This document shows positions 10,604 to 23,339 of a DNA stretch of 64,000 nucleotides, one piece after another (positions within the stretch are counted from its first letter, which is position 1; each line of letters begins with the position of its first letter). Location: assembly GCA_965140785.1 (NCBI GenBank), contig OZ223481.1, positions 640,001-704,000 on the forward strand, written 5' to 3'. A program made the position numbers and the translations under genes. The notes below the pieces were generated by a model. It saw only the letters and a list, made by a program, of their open reading frames with translations. It was not told the DNA's origin and searched no databases. The DNA comes from an uncultured Ruficoccus sp. (GTDB lineage Bacteria > Verrucomicrobiota > Verrucomicrobiia > Opitutales > Cerasicoccaceae).

Positions 10604-11047
10604 TTATAATGCCTCAATATACCTGATGGAGGCATTCATGGATTTTAGATCCTTTTGCAGTTCAGATAAAACAGATAAGGGCATGCCCAGGTATCTAAAC
10701 TTTTTGCCGTCTTTGAATTCGATTTGAACTGGCAAGGGAGACCTTACCCAGCGGACGGCGTAAATATCATCTATCGAACGAGTCTGGACTACGCGTCCAC
10801 AGACTCGCCAGCGGATTTCATCTCCTGAGACTTCAAAGTCGGTCACCATGGTCAGCAGCACAGTGCCCGGGAGCACTATGGCTATTACGCTGGCAATGAG
10901 AAATGCGGCGAGGATCGCAGAGACGCTGCCCTGTCGGCCATAAATGAGGCCAGTTGCGAGAACTATCACCAAAACGATTCCGCCGAACACACATCCGACA
11001 AATGCTACATGGCGCAAAGATTGAAGGTTGTTCCCGTAGCGTTTCAT
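10604..11047 (-). CDS. hypothetical membrane protein (2 TM + small soluble domain)
   Basis: 147-aa ORF with two hydrophobic segments filling the gap between ispG and rph; lower GC than neighbours. Confidence 0.55.
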   Translation of the reverse strand: MKRYGNNLQSLRHVAFVGCVFGGIVLVIVLATGLIYGRQGSVSAILAAFLIASVIAIVLPGTVLLTMVTDFEVSGDEIRWRVCGRVVQTRSIDDIYAVRWVRSPLPVQIEFKDGKKFRYLGMPLSVLSELQKDLKSMNASIRYIEAL

Positions 11048-11229
11048 TCCTGTGGCGTGTCAATGAACCCTGAACGCGGTATCAACGATGGCCCTTGATC
11101 TTTGATGTCTGATCAGGGCTTGCTCTATTTTTGAATAAATCGGTTCGGGAGCACCGTGAATAGTGAATGTCCGATGCTCTCTGCGCCTCTGCTGTTAATA
11201 AAAAAAAGAGCGGCGGGGTGTCACCCGCC

Positions 11230-13269
<2,040 letters not shown>

Positions 13270-13357
13270 AGTTGTCTCAATTAAATTTCCTGGTGCCTGA
13301 AAACAAGGCAAAAGGGCGTCCGCGACGGCCCTTTGCGCTCAAAAGAAAGGGGACAGC

Positions 13358-15193
13358 CTACTCTTTCTGAGCGGGGAAAGCAATCGGGATCTCATACTGC
13401 TGCTGGCGCAGGGCTTGGCGCTTGGCCTCGGCGTCGCCGACCCAGTCGAGCGAGTCAAACAGTGTGATATATGCCATCAGCCCGAACAGGAGCACGACAA
13501 AGGCGCCGGTGGCGGCTTCGATCAGGCTGCGGGGCATGGGCCGACCCGTGAGCTTGGAAATGGTGGCGATGGTCATGTGCCCGCCGTCGAGCACGGGAAT
13601 GGGCAGCAGGTTGAGCAGGGCCAGGTTGACATTCAGGATCACGGCGAAGGCCAGCGCGGCGCGGAAGCCGTCCCACTTGCTCTGGTAGTTGTCGGGATTG
13701 GAAAAGCTGTGCATGAGCCGCCCGATGCCGACGGCCCCGTTCAGGTCCTTGAAGCCGATGTCCGAGCGCGGGCTGATCAGGCTGCCCAGCACGCGACCGA
13801 TCATTTTGATACTGGCGATGAACTGCTCGGGTGGCGTCGGGTGGACGATGATGAAGTCGTCCTGAATCCCGAAGCCGATCATGGTCCGGGTGATGGGCTT
13901 TACCAGCGACGCTTTCCAATCACCTTCGGATTGATAGACGTAGTCTTTATTGTCCTGGCTGAAGGTCAGTTGCGGGCCTGGGCCGGCTGCGCTGACGGTG
14001 GAGATGAGTGCTGAAAGACTGTCCACGGGCTGACCGTTGACGGCCAGCAACTGGTCGCCGGGTTCGAACTGGCCCTTGAGGGGGCTGTCTTCGGTCAGGT
14101 CAAAGAGCACGAGTTTGCCCGTCGTTTTCGGAGAGGCCGGGTTGGCTGTTTTGCTGGCATCATACACAGGCATGATCTCGGCGGTAGCCTCGGGCTGGTC
14201 GGCGGGGGCGAGGGAGACCAGCGGCTTGGTCCTGGGGACCTGCTCCGGGGAGACCGTGAGGCTCATGGGCTTGCCTTCGCGGATAAGAGAGAGGGTGACG
14301 GGCTCTCCGGGATGCTCCACAATGTAGTCATTAAGACCGAGCATGCTGTAAACTTTATGCCCGTCCACCGCCTCAATCAGGTCGCCGGGCTGGAGGCCGG
14401 CCTGTTCGGCGGGGGAGTTGGCCATGACGGAGCCGACGCGCAGCACCTGTGCTCCGGCAATACCGATGCGGCGGATGTCGCGCCCGGAGCGTTCATTGTA
14501 GGTCGAGAGCACGGGGAAAGCCTCGATCGGGAAGATGTCGCCGTCGCGCTCGACGAGGAGCTTGACGCGGGGGTTGCCGTCGGCGTCGCGCCCGGAACCG
14601 GTGGCTATGTACATGGCGACGTCCTGCCAGTCCTTGACGGGCTCACCGTCGATTTGCAGGATGCGGTCACCGGGCTGGAGCCCGGCCTTGGCGGCGGGCG
14701 AAGGAACGACGGTCTCGGCATCGATGGCAATCATCGGCTGAACGTAGCCGATGACGTTGGTCTCGATGGAACTGTGCGTCGGCATGCCCACCAGCCAGAC
14801 GGCGGTGCCCAGGATAAGGGCCAGGATCAGGTTGAAAAACGGTCCGGCGAAGGCCACGATCATCTTGTCGGCGTAGCTGATCGGGGGGAGTTGGTCGGCT
14901 TCCGGGCTATCGCCCTCGATGGTCTTCATGTCCGCCAGTTGGGGCAGGGCGACGAAGGCCCCGAAGGGAATCCAGCAGAAGCAGTACTCGACTCCGTCCT
15001 TACCGCGCCAGCCGAAGATCTTCGGTCCGAGCCCGAAAATCGAGAAGCGCTCGACCTTGAGCCCGCGCCACTTGGCGGCCAGGAAGTGACCCAGCTCATG
15101 GATGACGATGGCCCCGTTGAAAAACAGGATAATGAGCACCCAGCCCCACACGTTGGTGAAGAGACTGTGCAGGAGGTTGCCGTCGCCGCTCAT
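13358..15193 (-). CDS. rseP: RIP (site-2) metalloprotease with multiple PDZ domains
   Basis: IHELGHF (HExxH), AGPFFN, PDZ repeats (SPA..AGLQPGD), NLLPIPVLDGG; operon position after dxr. Confidence 0.93.
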   Translation of the reverse strand: MSGDGNLLHSLFTNVWGWVLIILFFNGAIVIHELGHFLAAKWRGLKVERFSIFGLGPKIFGWRGKDGVEYCFCWIPFGAFVALPQLADMKTIEGDSPEADQLPPISYADKMIVAFAGPFFNLILALILGTAVWLVGMPTHSSIETNVIGYVQPMIAIDAETVVPSPAAKAGLQPGDRILQIDGEPVKDWQDVAMYIATGSGRDADGNPRVKLLVERDGDIFPIEAFPVLSTYNERSGRDIRRIGIAGAQVLRVGSVMANSPAEQAGLQPGDLIEAVDGHKVYSMLGLNDYIVEHPGEPVTLSLIREGKPMSLTVSPEQVPRTKPLVSLAPADQPEATAEIMPVYDASKTANPASPKTTGKLVLFDLTEDSPLKGQFEPGDQLLAVNGQPVDSLSALISTVSAAGPGPQLTFSQDNKDYVYQSEGDWKASLVKPITRTMIGFGIQDDFIIVHPTPPEQFIASIKMIGRVLGSLISPRSDIGFKDLNGAVGIGRLMHSFSNPDNYQSKWDGFRAALAFAVILNVNLALLNLLPIPVLDGGHMTIATISKLTGRPMPRSLIEAATGAFVVLLFGLMAYITLFDSLDWVGDAEAKRQALRQQQYEIPIAFPAQKE

Positions 15194-15397
15194 GATTGGT
15201 GGTAAGAGTTACCGCTGAGATACGGAATCGTGGAAAACGAAAAAGTCAAAGTCTGGATGCAAGAGAGCGTCATGGCGGGGGATTGAAGACAGAAAAAACA
15301 TGGGGGTGGCGGCTGCCATCCCGGAGAGGCTTCCTCAAAATCTATCACCTAAAACCGGAGCGGGCGGGAAATGTTCACTCGCCGGTGACAGATTTCT

Positions 15398-16585
15398 TTA
15401 CTTGGCGGTGGGGGTGGTGAGGCAGGTGGCGACTTTTCCGGCGGCGATGCGGCGGGCCTCGGCGTCGGCGGCGAGCAGGTCCTCCAGGTTGTCGGGGTCG
15501 TGGTTGGTGAGAGATTCGAGGGTTTGCTCAATGATGCGGGGGATGTCCAGGTAGCTGATTTTGTCCGCCACAAAGGCTTCCACCGCGACCTCGTTGGCTG
15601 CGTTGAAGGCGCCGGTGGCAATGCCGCCAGCGAGAGCGGCCTCCCGGGCCAGGCGCAGGCAGGGGAACTGGATCTCGTCCGGCGGGCGGAACTCGAGGTT
15701 CATGAGCTGGGAAAAGTCGAGGGTGGCGTCCACCCCCTCGGCCCGCTCGGGGTAGAGGAGGGTGTGCTGGATGGCGAAGGTCATGACCGGCGGGCAGAGC
15801 TGGGCCAGGATGGAGCCGTCCACGTACTGGACCATGGAGTGGACGATGCTCTGGGGGTGGATGGTGACGTCGATCCGGTCGGCGGGCAGGTCAAAGAGCC
15901 AGCGGGCCTCGATCAGCTCCAGGCCCTTGTTGGCCATGGTGGAGGAGTCGATGGTGATCTTCGGGCCCATGTCCCAGTTGGGGTGCTTGAGGGCCATTTC
16001 CTTGGTCACGGTGGCCATCTGCTCGCGGGAGAAGTCCCGGAAGGGGCCGCCCGAGGCGGTCAGAATCAGCCGGTCCACGTCCACCTTGCGCTCGCCCTGG
16101 AGGCACTGAAAGATAGCGTTGTGCTCACTGTCGAGGGGGAGCATGCGCGAGCCGGACTTTTTTGCCGTCTCCATGACGAATTTGCCCGCCAGCACGAGGA
16201 TTTCCTTGCTGGCCAGGGCAATGTCCTTGCCCTTTTCCAGGGCGGCCAGGGTGGGCTTGAGCGAGAGGGTGCCGACCACGGCGGGGACGACCAGCTCGGC
16301 CTCCTCCAGCACGGAAACGGCAATCAGCCCCTCGATCCCGCAGTAAAGCTTCGTCTCCGCCGGAAAGGCGCCCGCGGCCTTGGCCTCTTCGCAGGCGGCC
16401 TCGTCGTAGATGGCGACATGGGGGACGTTGAACTCCTTGGCGATGCGGGCCAGGTCGCGCCAGCGGCGGCGACCGGCGATGGCGAGCAGTTCAAGCTTGT
16501 CCGGGTGCTTGGCGACGACGCGCAGCGTGTTTTCACCAATGGAGCCGGTGGCCCCGAGCAGGACGATCTTTTTGGGACTGGACAT
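15398..16585 (-). CDS. dxr: 1-deoxy-D-xylulose-5-phosphate reductoisomerase
   Basis: LGATGSIG, LPLDSEHNAIFQ, TASGGPFR, HPNWDMGPKITIDSSTMANKGLE. Confidence 0.98.
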   Translation of the reverse strand: MSSPKKIVLLGATGSIGENTLRVVAKHPDKLELLAIAGRRRWRDLARIAKEFNVPHVAIYDEAACEEAKAAGAFPAETKLYCGIEGLIAVSVLEEAELVVPAVVGTLSLKPTLAALEKGKDIALASKEILVLAGKFVMETAKKSGSRMLPLDSEHNAIFQCLQGERKVDVDRLILTASGGPFRDFSREQMATVTKEMALKHPNWDMGPKITIDSSTMANKGLELIEARWLFDLPADRIDVTIHPQSIVHSMVQYVDGSILAQLCPPVMTFAIQHTLLYPERAEGVDATLDFSQLMNLEFRPPDEIQFPCLRLAREAALAGGIATGAFNAANEVAVEAFVADKISYLDIPRIIEQTLESLTNHDPDNLEDLLAADAEARRIAAGKVATCLTTPTAK

Positions 16586-16628
16586 GGAGGTACTAAAATC
16601 AATCGGGTCCGGGAACGCTGAGCAGCCC

Positions 16629-17420
16629 TCAGACCAGATAGTTCAATAAGAGGTACCCGGCGGGCGCGGTCAAGATCAGGCTGTCGGTCAAATCGAAGAT
16701 GCCCCCGATGCCGGGAATGACGGCGCCGGAGTCCTTAACCCCCGCCTTGCGCTTGATCATGGACTCGATCAGGTCCGAGACCAGGGCGATGTCCCCGAGA
16801 ATGGCGGCGATCAGCGCGCCCTTGAGCAGGCCCATGTCCGGCAGCAGGTCCCCGAAGCACAGCAGCAGGATGACCCCGACCAGCGCGGAGACGGCAATGC
16901 CGCCCAGGGCACCCTCAATGGTTTTTTTCGGGCTGATGTGGGGGCAGAGCTTGTGCTTGCCGAACTTCATCCCCACCAGCAGGCCCCCTACGTCGGAGAA
17001 CTTCGAGACGGCGATGATCCAGACCGAGGCCATGACCGTGCCGGTGTCGCCGATCAGCAGGCTGTAGTACTGGAGCATGAAGGGCACGTAAATGATCCCG
17101 AAAAGCGTCGGCATGAAGCTCTCGCGTACCCGCGGCACCGCCAGCAGGGTAAAGGCGAGGATGACCGCGGAGAGGGCCGTCAGGTCCATCGGATGCTGGA
17201 CGGGCAAGAAGTAGCCTCCGAGCAGGATAAAAGCCCCCAGCAGCACGCCGGTGGTCTTGAGGGGGCGGTAGCCCATCTTTTCCAGCAAGTGGTAGAACTC
17301 CAGCTGGGTCAGGGCGGTCAGGGCGGCCAGCAGGAGGACGCCGCCGGGCGCGCCGAAGAGCACCAGCACGGCGATAATGACGACCCACAGGGTCACGGTG
17401 CTGGCGATGCGCTTCCTCAC
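16629..17420 (-). CDS. cdsA: phosphatidate cytidylyltransferase
   Basis: polytopic; ISPKKTIEG, SDLIESMIKRKAGVKDSG..IPG.GG..D..DS. Confidence 0.95.
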   Translation of the reverse strand: MRKRIASTVTLWVVIIAVLVLFGAPGGVLLLAALTALTQLEFYHLLEKMGYRPLKTTGVLLGAFILLGGYFLPVQHPMDLTALSAVILAFTLLAVPRVRESFMPTLFGIIYVPFMLQYYSLLIGDTGTVMASVWIIAVSKFSDVGGLLVGMKFGKHKLCPHISPKKTIEGALGGIAVSALVGVILLLCFGDLLPDMGLLKGALIAAILGDIALVSDLIESMIKRKAGVKDSGAVIPGIGGIFDLTDSLILTAPAGYLLLNYLV

Positions 17421-18193
17421 CGGTTGATGGCGGGTTCGCTGGACGGGGTGTCCTTGATCTGCTCGCCGGTCTTGCCGAAGCGCCGCTGGCGCTGGCGGAA
17501 GCTTTCCACCGCGTCGAGAAAGTGTTTACGGTCGAAATCGGGCCAATAAACCGGGGTGAAGAACATTTCGGAATAGGCGCACTGCAGGAGGAGGAAATTG
17601 CTGACGCGGGTCTCGCCGGAGGTGCGGATGAGCAGGTCCGGGTCGGGGACGCCCGCTGTGTACAGGTAGCGCGAGAAAAGCGGCCAGTCGAGGTGGTTCG
17701 GGTCGGCCTTGCCCTGGGCCACGTCCTCGGAAAAGGCCCGCACGGCGTCCAGCACCTCGGTGCGCGAGCCGTAGTTGAGCGCTACCTGGAGCACGTAGTC
17801 CTTGAAGTCCTTGGTCGCCTCCAGGGCCTCTTCGAGTTTTTTCTGCACGCCCTCGGGCAGTTCCTCGGGGCGGCCGATGACGCGCAGGCGTACCTTGTTT
17901 TTGACCAATTCGCGGGTGTTGCGCTCCAGAAAGAACTCCAGCAGGCCCATGAGGGAGGAGATTTCCTCCGCCGGACGCTGCCAGTTCTCCACGGAGAAGG
18001 CGAACAGGGTCAGGGTGCGGATATCCAGCTCGCGGGCGACCTTCAGGATCTCGCGGACGTTTTTGACTCCCCGGCGGTGCCCCTCGATCCGCGGCAGCCC
18101 GCGCTGACGCGCCCAGCGACCATTGCCATCCATAATGATGGCGACATGGTTGAGCCCCGGTGTTTTGGGCGATTGGCTGGCAGATTCGGACAC
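17417..18193 (-). CDS. uppS: undecaprenyl diphosphate synthase
   Basis: HVAIIMDGNGRWA, FAFSVENW.RP, DPDLLIRTSGE.RVSNFLL. Confidence 0.97.
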   Translation of the reverse strand: MSESASQSPKTPGLNHVAIIMDGNGRWARQRGLPRIEGHRRGVKNVREILKVARELDIRTLTLFAFSVENWQRPAEEISSLMGLLEFFLERNTRELVKNKVRLRVIGRPEELPEGVQKKLEEALEATKDFKDYVLQVALNYGSRTEVLDAVRAFSEDVAQGKADPNHLDWPLFSRYLYTAGVPDPDLLIRTSGETRVSNFLLLQCAYSEMFFTPVYWPDFDRKHFLDAVESFRQRQRRFGKTGEQIKDTPSSEPAINR

Positions 18194-18377
18194 GGTGGAG
18201 AGTTAGACTGCGGAAAGCGACAGAAGTTCTGTTCTTCCCTGCCGGGGACCGGCTTCAGGATGAACGGCCAACCTATAGGGGATTGACTTGGAAATGCAAA
18301 TCCCAATCGCGCCTCATTCGCGGGGGGGCTGGGGCGCTCGGTTTGACAGGCGGGCGGGGCGGGATTATCTTAATCGT

Positions 18378-18668
18378 ATGTCAGAACCTCTCAACACCGC
18401 CGCCATTGCCAACGCGCTGGCGGGCCTGCCCGGTTGGAGCCATGAAGACGACCGGCTCAAGAAAACCTACACTTTCGAGGATTTTTCCCACGCCCTGGCC
18501 TTCATTGTCCGTGTCGGCCTGGAAGCCGAGAAAATGAACCACCACCCGGAGCTTTTTAATGTGTACAACCGGGTCGAAGTGGCCCTGGCCACCCACGACG
18601 CCGACGGCAAAGTGACCCGCAAGGATGTCAACCTGGCCAAGGCGATTGAGGCGCTTGGCACGGATTAA
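18378..18668 (+). CDS. phhB: pterin-4a-carbinolamine dehydratase
   Basis: AEKMNHHPE...YNRV.V.L.THD; adjacent to folE2. Confidence 0.9.
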   Translation: MSEPLNTAAIANALAGLPGWSHEDDRLKKTYTFEDFSHALAFIVRVGLEAEKMNHHPELFNVYNRVEVALATHDADGKVTRKDVNLAKAIEALGTD

Positions 18669-18791
18669 GCAGCTTCCCGGCAACGCATTACTCGAAAAAA
18701 CACCCTTTTCAGCCCCGGGCCAAAAATCGCATTCCACTGTTGCACGGCGGAAGGTTGTAAGGTATGGCTGGGGGTTTCGACAGAAAAGCCG

Positions 18792-19763
18792 ATGAACGAA
18801 TCAGTTACATCCAACCTGAAAGGTGCGCCCGGTCACAAGCCGAAGGCGCACTACGACAAGGATTTCCAGGTTACCGACGCGTATCGCCAGACCCTGCCGG
18901 ACATGCAGAACAGCGACACGTCGGAAATTCAGGGCGCTAACGTGCCGATCATGCAGGTCGGCATCTCCAACTTTCGCCTGCCCCTGATCTATCTGAGCAA
19001 AGGCTGCGAAAAGCGCACGCTGGAGACCTCCGTCACCGGGACCGTTTCGCTGGGGGCCGATGCCAAGGGCATCAACATGTCCCGCATCATGCGCGCCTTC
19101 TACGATTTCAAGGACCGGGTCTTTTCGCTGGAACTGCTGGAGGAGATCCTCCTGCGCTACAAGCGTGAGATCGGCAGCAGCCGCGCCCGGCTCAAGCTGA
19201 ATTTCAACTACCCGATCGTCCAGAAAAGCCTGCGCAGCGGGCTGGAGGGTTTTCAGTATTACCAGGTGGCTTACGAGGGCTTCATCGACGACCTCGACCG
19301 CTACCGCCGGTTCATTCACTTCGATTTCGTGTACTCCTCGGCCTGCCCGTGTTCGTCCGAACTCTCCGAGCATGCCCGCTCCGAGCGCGACATTTACGCC
19401 ATTCCGCACTCTCAGCGCAGCAAGGCCCGCGTCAGCGTGGAGGTCCGCGAGGGCCAGGACCTGCCGATCGAAGACTTGCAGCAGCTCTGCCTGGAGGCGC
19501 TCAAGACCGAGACCCAGGTCATGGTCAAGCGCGAGGACGAGCAGGCTTTCGCCGAGTTGAATGGCGCTTACGTCAAGTTCGTCGAGGACGCCGCCCGGCT
19601 CCTCTACGAGCAGCTCGACACCGAGCCCCGGATCAAAGACTTTCAGGTCGCCTGTGCGCATCTGGAGTCGCTCCACTCGCACGACGCTGTGGCTGTGATC
19701 AACAAGGGCCTGCCCGGCGGCTTCACCGGCGACACCCGCGATTTTCACGACCTGATCTGCTAG
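18792..19763 (+). CDS. folE2: GTP cyclohydrolase IB (FolE2)
   Basis: [50 protein letters not shown]. Confidence 0.95.
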   Translation: MNESVTSNLKGAPGHKPKAHYDKDFQVTDAYRQTLPDMQNSDTSEIQGANVPIMQVGISNFRLPLIYLSKGCEKRTLETSVTGTVSLGADAKGINMSRIMRAFYDFKDRVFSLELLEEILLRYKREIGSSRARLKLNFNYPIVQKSLRSGLEGFQYYQVAYEGFIDDLDRYRRFIHFDFVYSSACPCSSELSEHARSERDIYAIPHSQRSKARVSVEVREGQDLPIEDLQQLCLEALKTETQVMVKREDEQAFAELNGAYVKFVEDAARLLYEQLDTEPRIKDFQVACAHLESLHSHDAVAVINKGLPGGFTGDTRDFHDLIC

Positions 19764-19765
19764 AG

Positions 19766-19869
19766 GCGGGTTGCACGCGCTGGCAATGAGGGGCTGTGCC
19801 CCTACGACAGGTTGCACCTGCGGGCAATGAGGGGCTGCGCCCCTACGGAGCCAGAAAGGCTCCTACCCC
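19766..19869. repeat. REP-like element cluster (41-bp tandem unit x2 plus hairpin)
   Basis: 19766-19806 and 19807-19847 are near-identical (GGTTGCAC..GC.GGCAATGAGGGGCTG.GCCCCTACG); the minus strand reads GTAG + hairpin; related copies at 45616-45677 and 63954-63983. Confidence 0.7.
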
Positions 19870-20006
19870 GGGACGCTCATTCAGAGAAGGGCAACGCACC
19901 TGCTTTGCTCTGTTACCGGTTAATAGGCTCGGCGGCTCGGGTTGGTGAGTCGGGCGGCGGTCGGATTCTGCTTGTCCGAAAGGGGGCGCAGTTGTATGAC
20001 GGAGTC

Positions 20007-20516
20007 ATGACTCATACCCCCACGCTATCCCTGATTCTGGTCTTGGCTTTTGGCCTCTGCGGCCTCCTGCGCGCGGACGATGAACTGCTGCGCAACGGCG
20101 ATTTCTCCCGTGGCACCAGCGGCTGGAAGGGGGACCGCAATATCGAGGAGGACGACAAGGGCAACAAATACATGCTCATCGAAGCCGATGACGACGAGGA
20201 GCAGGTATTCATGCAGGAGGACCTCGACACGAAGGATCTAACGGCCTTTCTGCTGACTTTCCGATGCCGCCCGAGCGAGGATTATGTCGGCAAGGGGCTG
20301 GCCATCCGTTTTTCCCACCCCAGTGGCATGTATTATGAGTTCAAGATACTGCTCAAGAATCAGGGTGAGTGGGACACCATCAAGGGCCGCTTCCGGGAAA
20401 TGCGGACGTCCGATGAAGTGACGCTGGAGATTCACGTCCTGCCCGGCGAGGGCACGGTTATGTTCGACGACATATCCCTGAAACCTCTGGGCGCGGAAGA
20501 CGAGGAAGACTCCTAA
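20007..20516 (+). CDS. secreted protein, CBM4/9-like (galactose-binding fold) domain
   Basis: signal peptide, LLRNGDFSRG..GW near the start and VMFDDISL at the end, typical of this fold. Confidence 0.6.
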   Translation: MTHTPTLSLILVLAFGLCGLLRADDELLRNGDFSRGTSGWKGDRNIEEDDKGNKYMLIEADDDEEQVFMQEDLDTKDLTAFLLTFRCRPSEDYVGKGLAIRFSHPSGMYYEFKILLKNQGEWDTIKGRFREMRTSDEVTLEIHVLPGEGTVMFDDISLKPLGAEDEEDS

Positions 20517-20652
20517 GTCGGTTTCGCTTTATCGGCCTGCGGTGGGAATTCATGCGCAGAGTCCCCAATGGTCATTTGGAAACTCAGCGCACACGACACT
20601 GGGAATGTGAAAAAGAACTGGCACGGCGGCGCAGGTGTGGCATGGTGAGGCC

Positions 20653-22737
20653 ATGGATTTTTCCGGACCCAGCGTCAGTATCGACGACCAGTTTGCGCCC
20701 ATCGACTACGCCCGCGAGCTCAACCCGCAGCAGTTGGCGGCGGTGCAGGCTGCCGACGGTCCTGCGCTGGTACTGGCCGGGGCTGGCTCCGGCAAGACCC
20801 GGACCCTGACCTATCGGGTGGCCTGGCTCCTGGAGCAGGGCGTGTGGCCGGGCGAAATTCTTTTGCTCACCTTTACCAACAAAGCCGCCCGCGAAATGCT
20901 CGGGCGTGTCGAAGACCTCACCGGCGTGCCGCGCTGGAAGTTCTGGGGCGGCACCTTCCACTCCATTGGCCAGCGCTCCCTGCGCATTCATGGAGCAAGC
21001 ATCGGGATCGAAAAGGGCTTCACCATCCTCGACCAGGGCGACGCCGAGTCGCTGTTGGGCGATGTCATCCGCGAGCGCGACAGCACCTTTCTCAAAAACA
21101 AGGAGCACCCCAAGGCCCGCGTCGTGGCCGAGATGATCAGCTACGCGCGCAACACCCGCCAGCCGCTGGAGAACGTTATCCTCACCCGCTACCCCTGGCT
21201 GGAGGATATTCTGGAGACGCTCCTGAGCTTCGGCCGCGGCTACGCCGAGCGCAAGCTGCGCCAGCAGACACTCGACTACGACGACCTGCTGGAGCACTGG
21301 CTCCGGCTGCTCCAAACCGACGAGGAGGCCCGCAACTACTATCAGGACCGCTTTCGCCACATCCTGGTGGACGAGTTTCAGGACACCAACAAGCTCCAGG
21401 GCTCCATCGTCAACCTGCTCGCGGCCAAGCGACGCAACATCATGGTCGTCGGTGACAATTGGCAGTGCATTTATACCTGGCGCGGGGCTGAGTTCGCCAA
21501 CATGGAGGACTTCGCCGAGGTCTTCCCGGAGCGCAAGATTTACAAGATCGAGACCAACTACCGTTCCAGCCCGCAGATTCTGGCCTTTGCCAATCACATG
21601 ATGGGCGGACACCCCTCCATCCCCGGCTATCCGCTGGAGCTCCAGGCGCACCAGCCCATGCGCGACCGGCCTTACGTGCTGCCGTGCATGGATACCCGGC
21701 AGCAGGCCGACCTGGTGATTCGCCGGCTGGAGGCATTGCGCGAGGAGGGCCGCTCGCTCAAGGATGTGGCCGTGCTCTACCGCGCCCATTATCAGGCCAT
21801 GGACCTCCAAATGGAGCTTTCCCGCCGCGGCGTGCCCTACACGATCACCAGTGGCGTGCGTTTCTTCGAGCAGGCGCACATCCGCGATCTGGTGGCGCAA
21901 CTGCGCGTCGTGGCCAACCCGCGCGACAGCGCCGCCTTTGAGCGGCTCGCCATGCTCCTGCCTCGCGTGGGGGCGGTCACGGCGAAGAAACTTTACAAGG
22001 CCGCGCATGAGTTGGCCGAACAGGAGCACACCTCGCTGGTCTGGGCCATGCTCGGCGACCCGATCGTGAAAAAAGTCCCCGCCGATGCCCGCGAGGAGTG
22101 GAAAGACCTCGCCCAGACGCTGATTGATATGGAGCGGGCCATGGGCGGCCCCGCCGTCGCTCCGGCGCAAAAGGACGAGCCCGACCTCTTCGACCACGCG
22201 CAAAAGCAGGACCCCGGAGAAACGAGGGTAGCGGCCACCCCGCAGGAGATCGTCAAGCTCGCCATCGAGGGTTGGTACGGCGACTACCTGCGCAATATTT
22301 ACGACAACTGGCAGAGTCGCCGTGACGACCTCGACAGCCTGCTCGGCTTCGCCGCCCGCTACGAGGACATGAGCGAACTGCTGGCCCAGCTCGTCCTGCT
22401 CAACTCCGAGACGAGCGATCGCCGCATCGATCCGGACGAGGAGACGATCAAGCTCACCACCATCCACCAGTCCAAGGGGCTGGAGTTTCCGGTCGTCTTC
22501 GTGCTCGGGCTTTCCGAGGGACTGCTGCCGCTCAAGCGCGCCATCGAGGAGGGGGATGTCGAGGAGGAGCGCCGCCTGCTCTACGTCGCCGTGACCCGCG
22601 CCATGGAGGAACTCTACCTGTGCTTCCCACGGGTGACGACCTCCGGCGGACCGCCCCAGATCATGGAGCCCTCACGTTTCCTCACCGCTGTATCGGAAGA
22701 ATACTACGAGGTGTTGCGCGTCGGCGGCGGGCGCTGA
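20653..22737 (+). CDS. UvrD/PcrA/Rep-family DNA helicase
   Basis: AGAGSGKT, TFTNKAA, LVDEFQDTN, NYRS, TIHQSKGLEF, EERRLLYVAVTRA. Confidence 0.95.
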   Translation: MDFSGPSVSIDDQFAPIDYARELNPQQLAAVQAADGPALVLAGAGSGKTRTLTYRVAWLLEQGVWPGEILLLTFTNKAAREMLGRVEDLTGVPRWKFWGGTFHSIGQRSLRIHGASIGIEKGFTILDQGDAESLLGDVIRERDSTFLKNKEHPKARVVAEMISYARNTRQPLENVILTRYPWLEDILETLLSFGRGYAERKLRQQTLDYDDLLEHWLRLLQTDEEARNYYQDRFRHILVDEFQDTNKLQGSIVNLLAAKRRNIMVVGDNWQCIYTWRGAEFANMEDFAEVFPERKIYKIETNYRSSPQILAFANHMMGGHPSIPGYPLELQAHQPMRDRPYVLPCMDTRQQADLVIRRLEALREEGRSLKDVAVLYRAHYQAMDLQMELSRRGVPYTITSGVRFFEQAHIRDLVAQLRVVANPRDSAAFERLAMLLPRVGAVTAKKLYKAAHELAEQEHTSLVWAMLGDPIVKKVPADAREEWKDLAQTLIDMERAMGGPAVAPAQKDEPDLFDHAQKQDPGETRVAATPQEIVKLAIEGWYGDYLRNIYDNWQSRRDDLDSLLGFAARYEDMSELLAQLVLLNSETSDRRIDPDEETIKLTTIHQSKGLEFPVVFVLGLSEGLLPLKRAIEEGDVEEERRLLYVAVTRAMEELYLCFPRVTTSGGPPQIMEPSRFLTAVSEEYYEVLRVGGGR

Positions 22738-22802
22738 GCTGTACGTTTTTTTAAAAGCAGGTCGAGGCGAGATGTCGATGCCTCTGCCGTGAGCGTGGAC
22801 AC

Positions 22803-22832
22803 AAAAAAACGCCGGGCGTGTGGCCCGGCGTT
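22803..22832 (-). terminator. intrinsic terminator
   Basis: A-run + CGCCGGGC-GTGTG-GCCCGGCG. Confidence 0.7.
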
Positions 22833-22860
22833 GGATAAAATCTATAAAAGCTCGTCCGCC

Positions 22861-23103
22861 TTACTTGTCGGACTCGGTGGCCTCGTTAACCTTCTTCTTG
22901 GTGTCTTCGTAGGCATTCTTCACGGCGTCGCCAGTCTTGTCAGCGGCATCGCTGATCGCGTCGCCCGTCTTATCGGCAGCGTCGGAGATGTGGTCGCCGG
23001 CTTCCTTCATGTCGTCCTTGGCTTCTTTACTGCAGCCGGCGGCGAAGGTGATCACGGCGGCGGCGGTGAGAGCGGTTAAAAAACGGATCAATGATTTCAT
23101 CAT
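22861..23103 (-). CDS. small lipoprotein with 11-aa Asp/Ala/Lys repeats (YtxH/LEA-like)
   Basis: lipobox FAAGC, repeats DAADKTGDAIS/DAADKTGDAVK; own terminator. Confidence 0.8.
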   Translation of the reverse strand: MMKSLIRFLTALTAAAVITFAAGCSKEAKDDMKEAGDHISDAADKTGDAISDAADKTGDAVKNAYEDTKKKVNEATESDK

Positions 23104-23276
23104 GTTGAGTGGGATTAGTGGTTCTTGGATTATTATTTATAAGAGATGATAGACGGTAACGGTGAGGAGTCTAGGGCGTTTTTGATGGAAAGCAATGGCC
23201 TAATTTGTCCAGTGTGCGAGCGGGGAGCCCGTGGAAGAGATTTCGGCCCAGGCGCCATCGGTCTGTTGAAAACATT

Positions 23277-23310
23277 AAAAAAACGCCGGATGCATGCAGC
23301 ATCCGGCGTC
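23277..23310 (-). terminator. intrinsic terminator
   Basis: A-run + ACGCCGGATGC-ATGCA-GCATCCGGCGT. Confidence 0.7.
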
Positions 23311-23339
23311 CAGCTAAACTGTTATGCGCTCAGGGGGCG

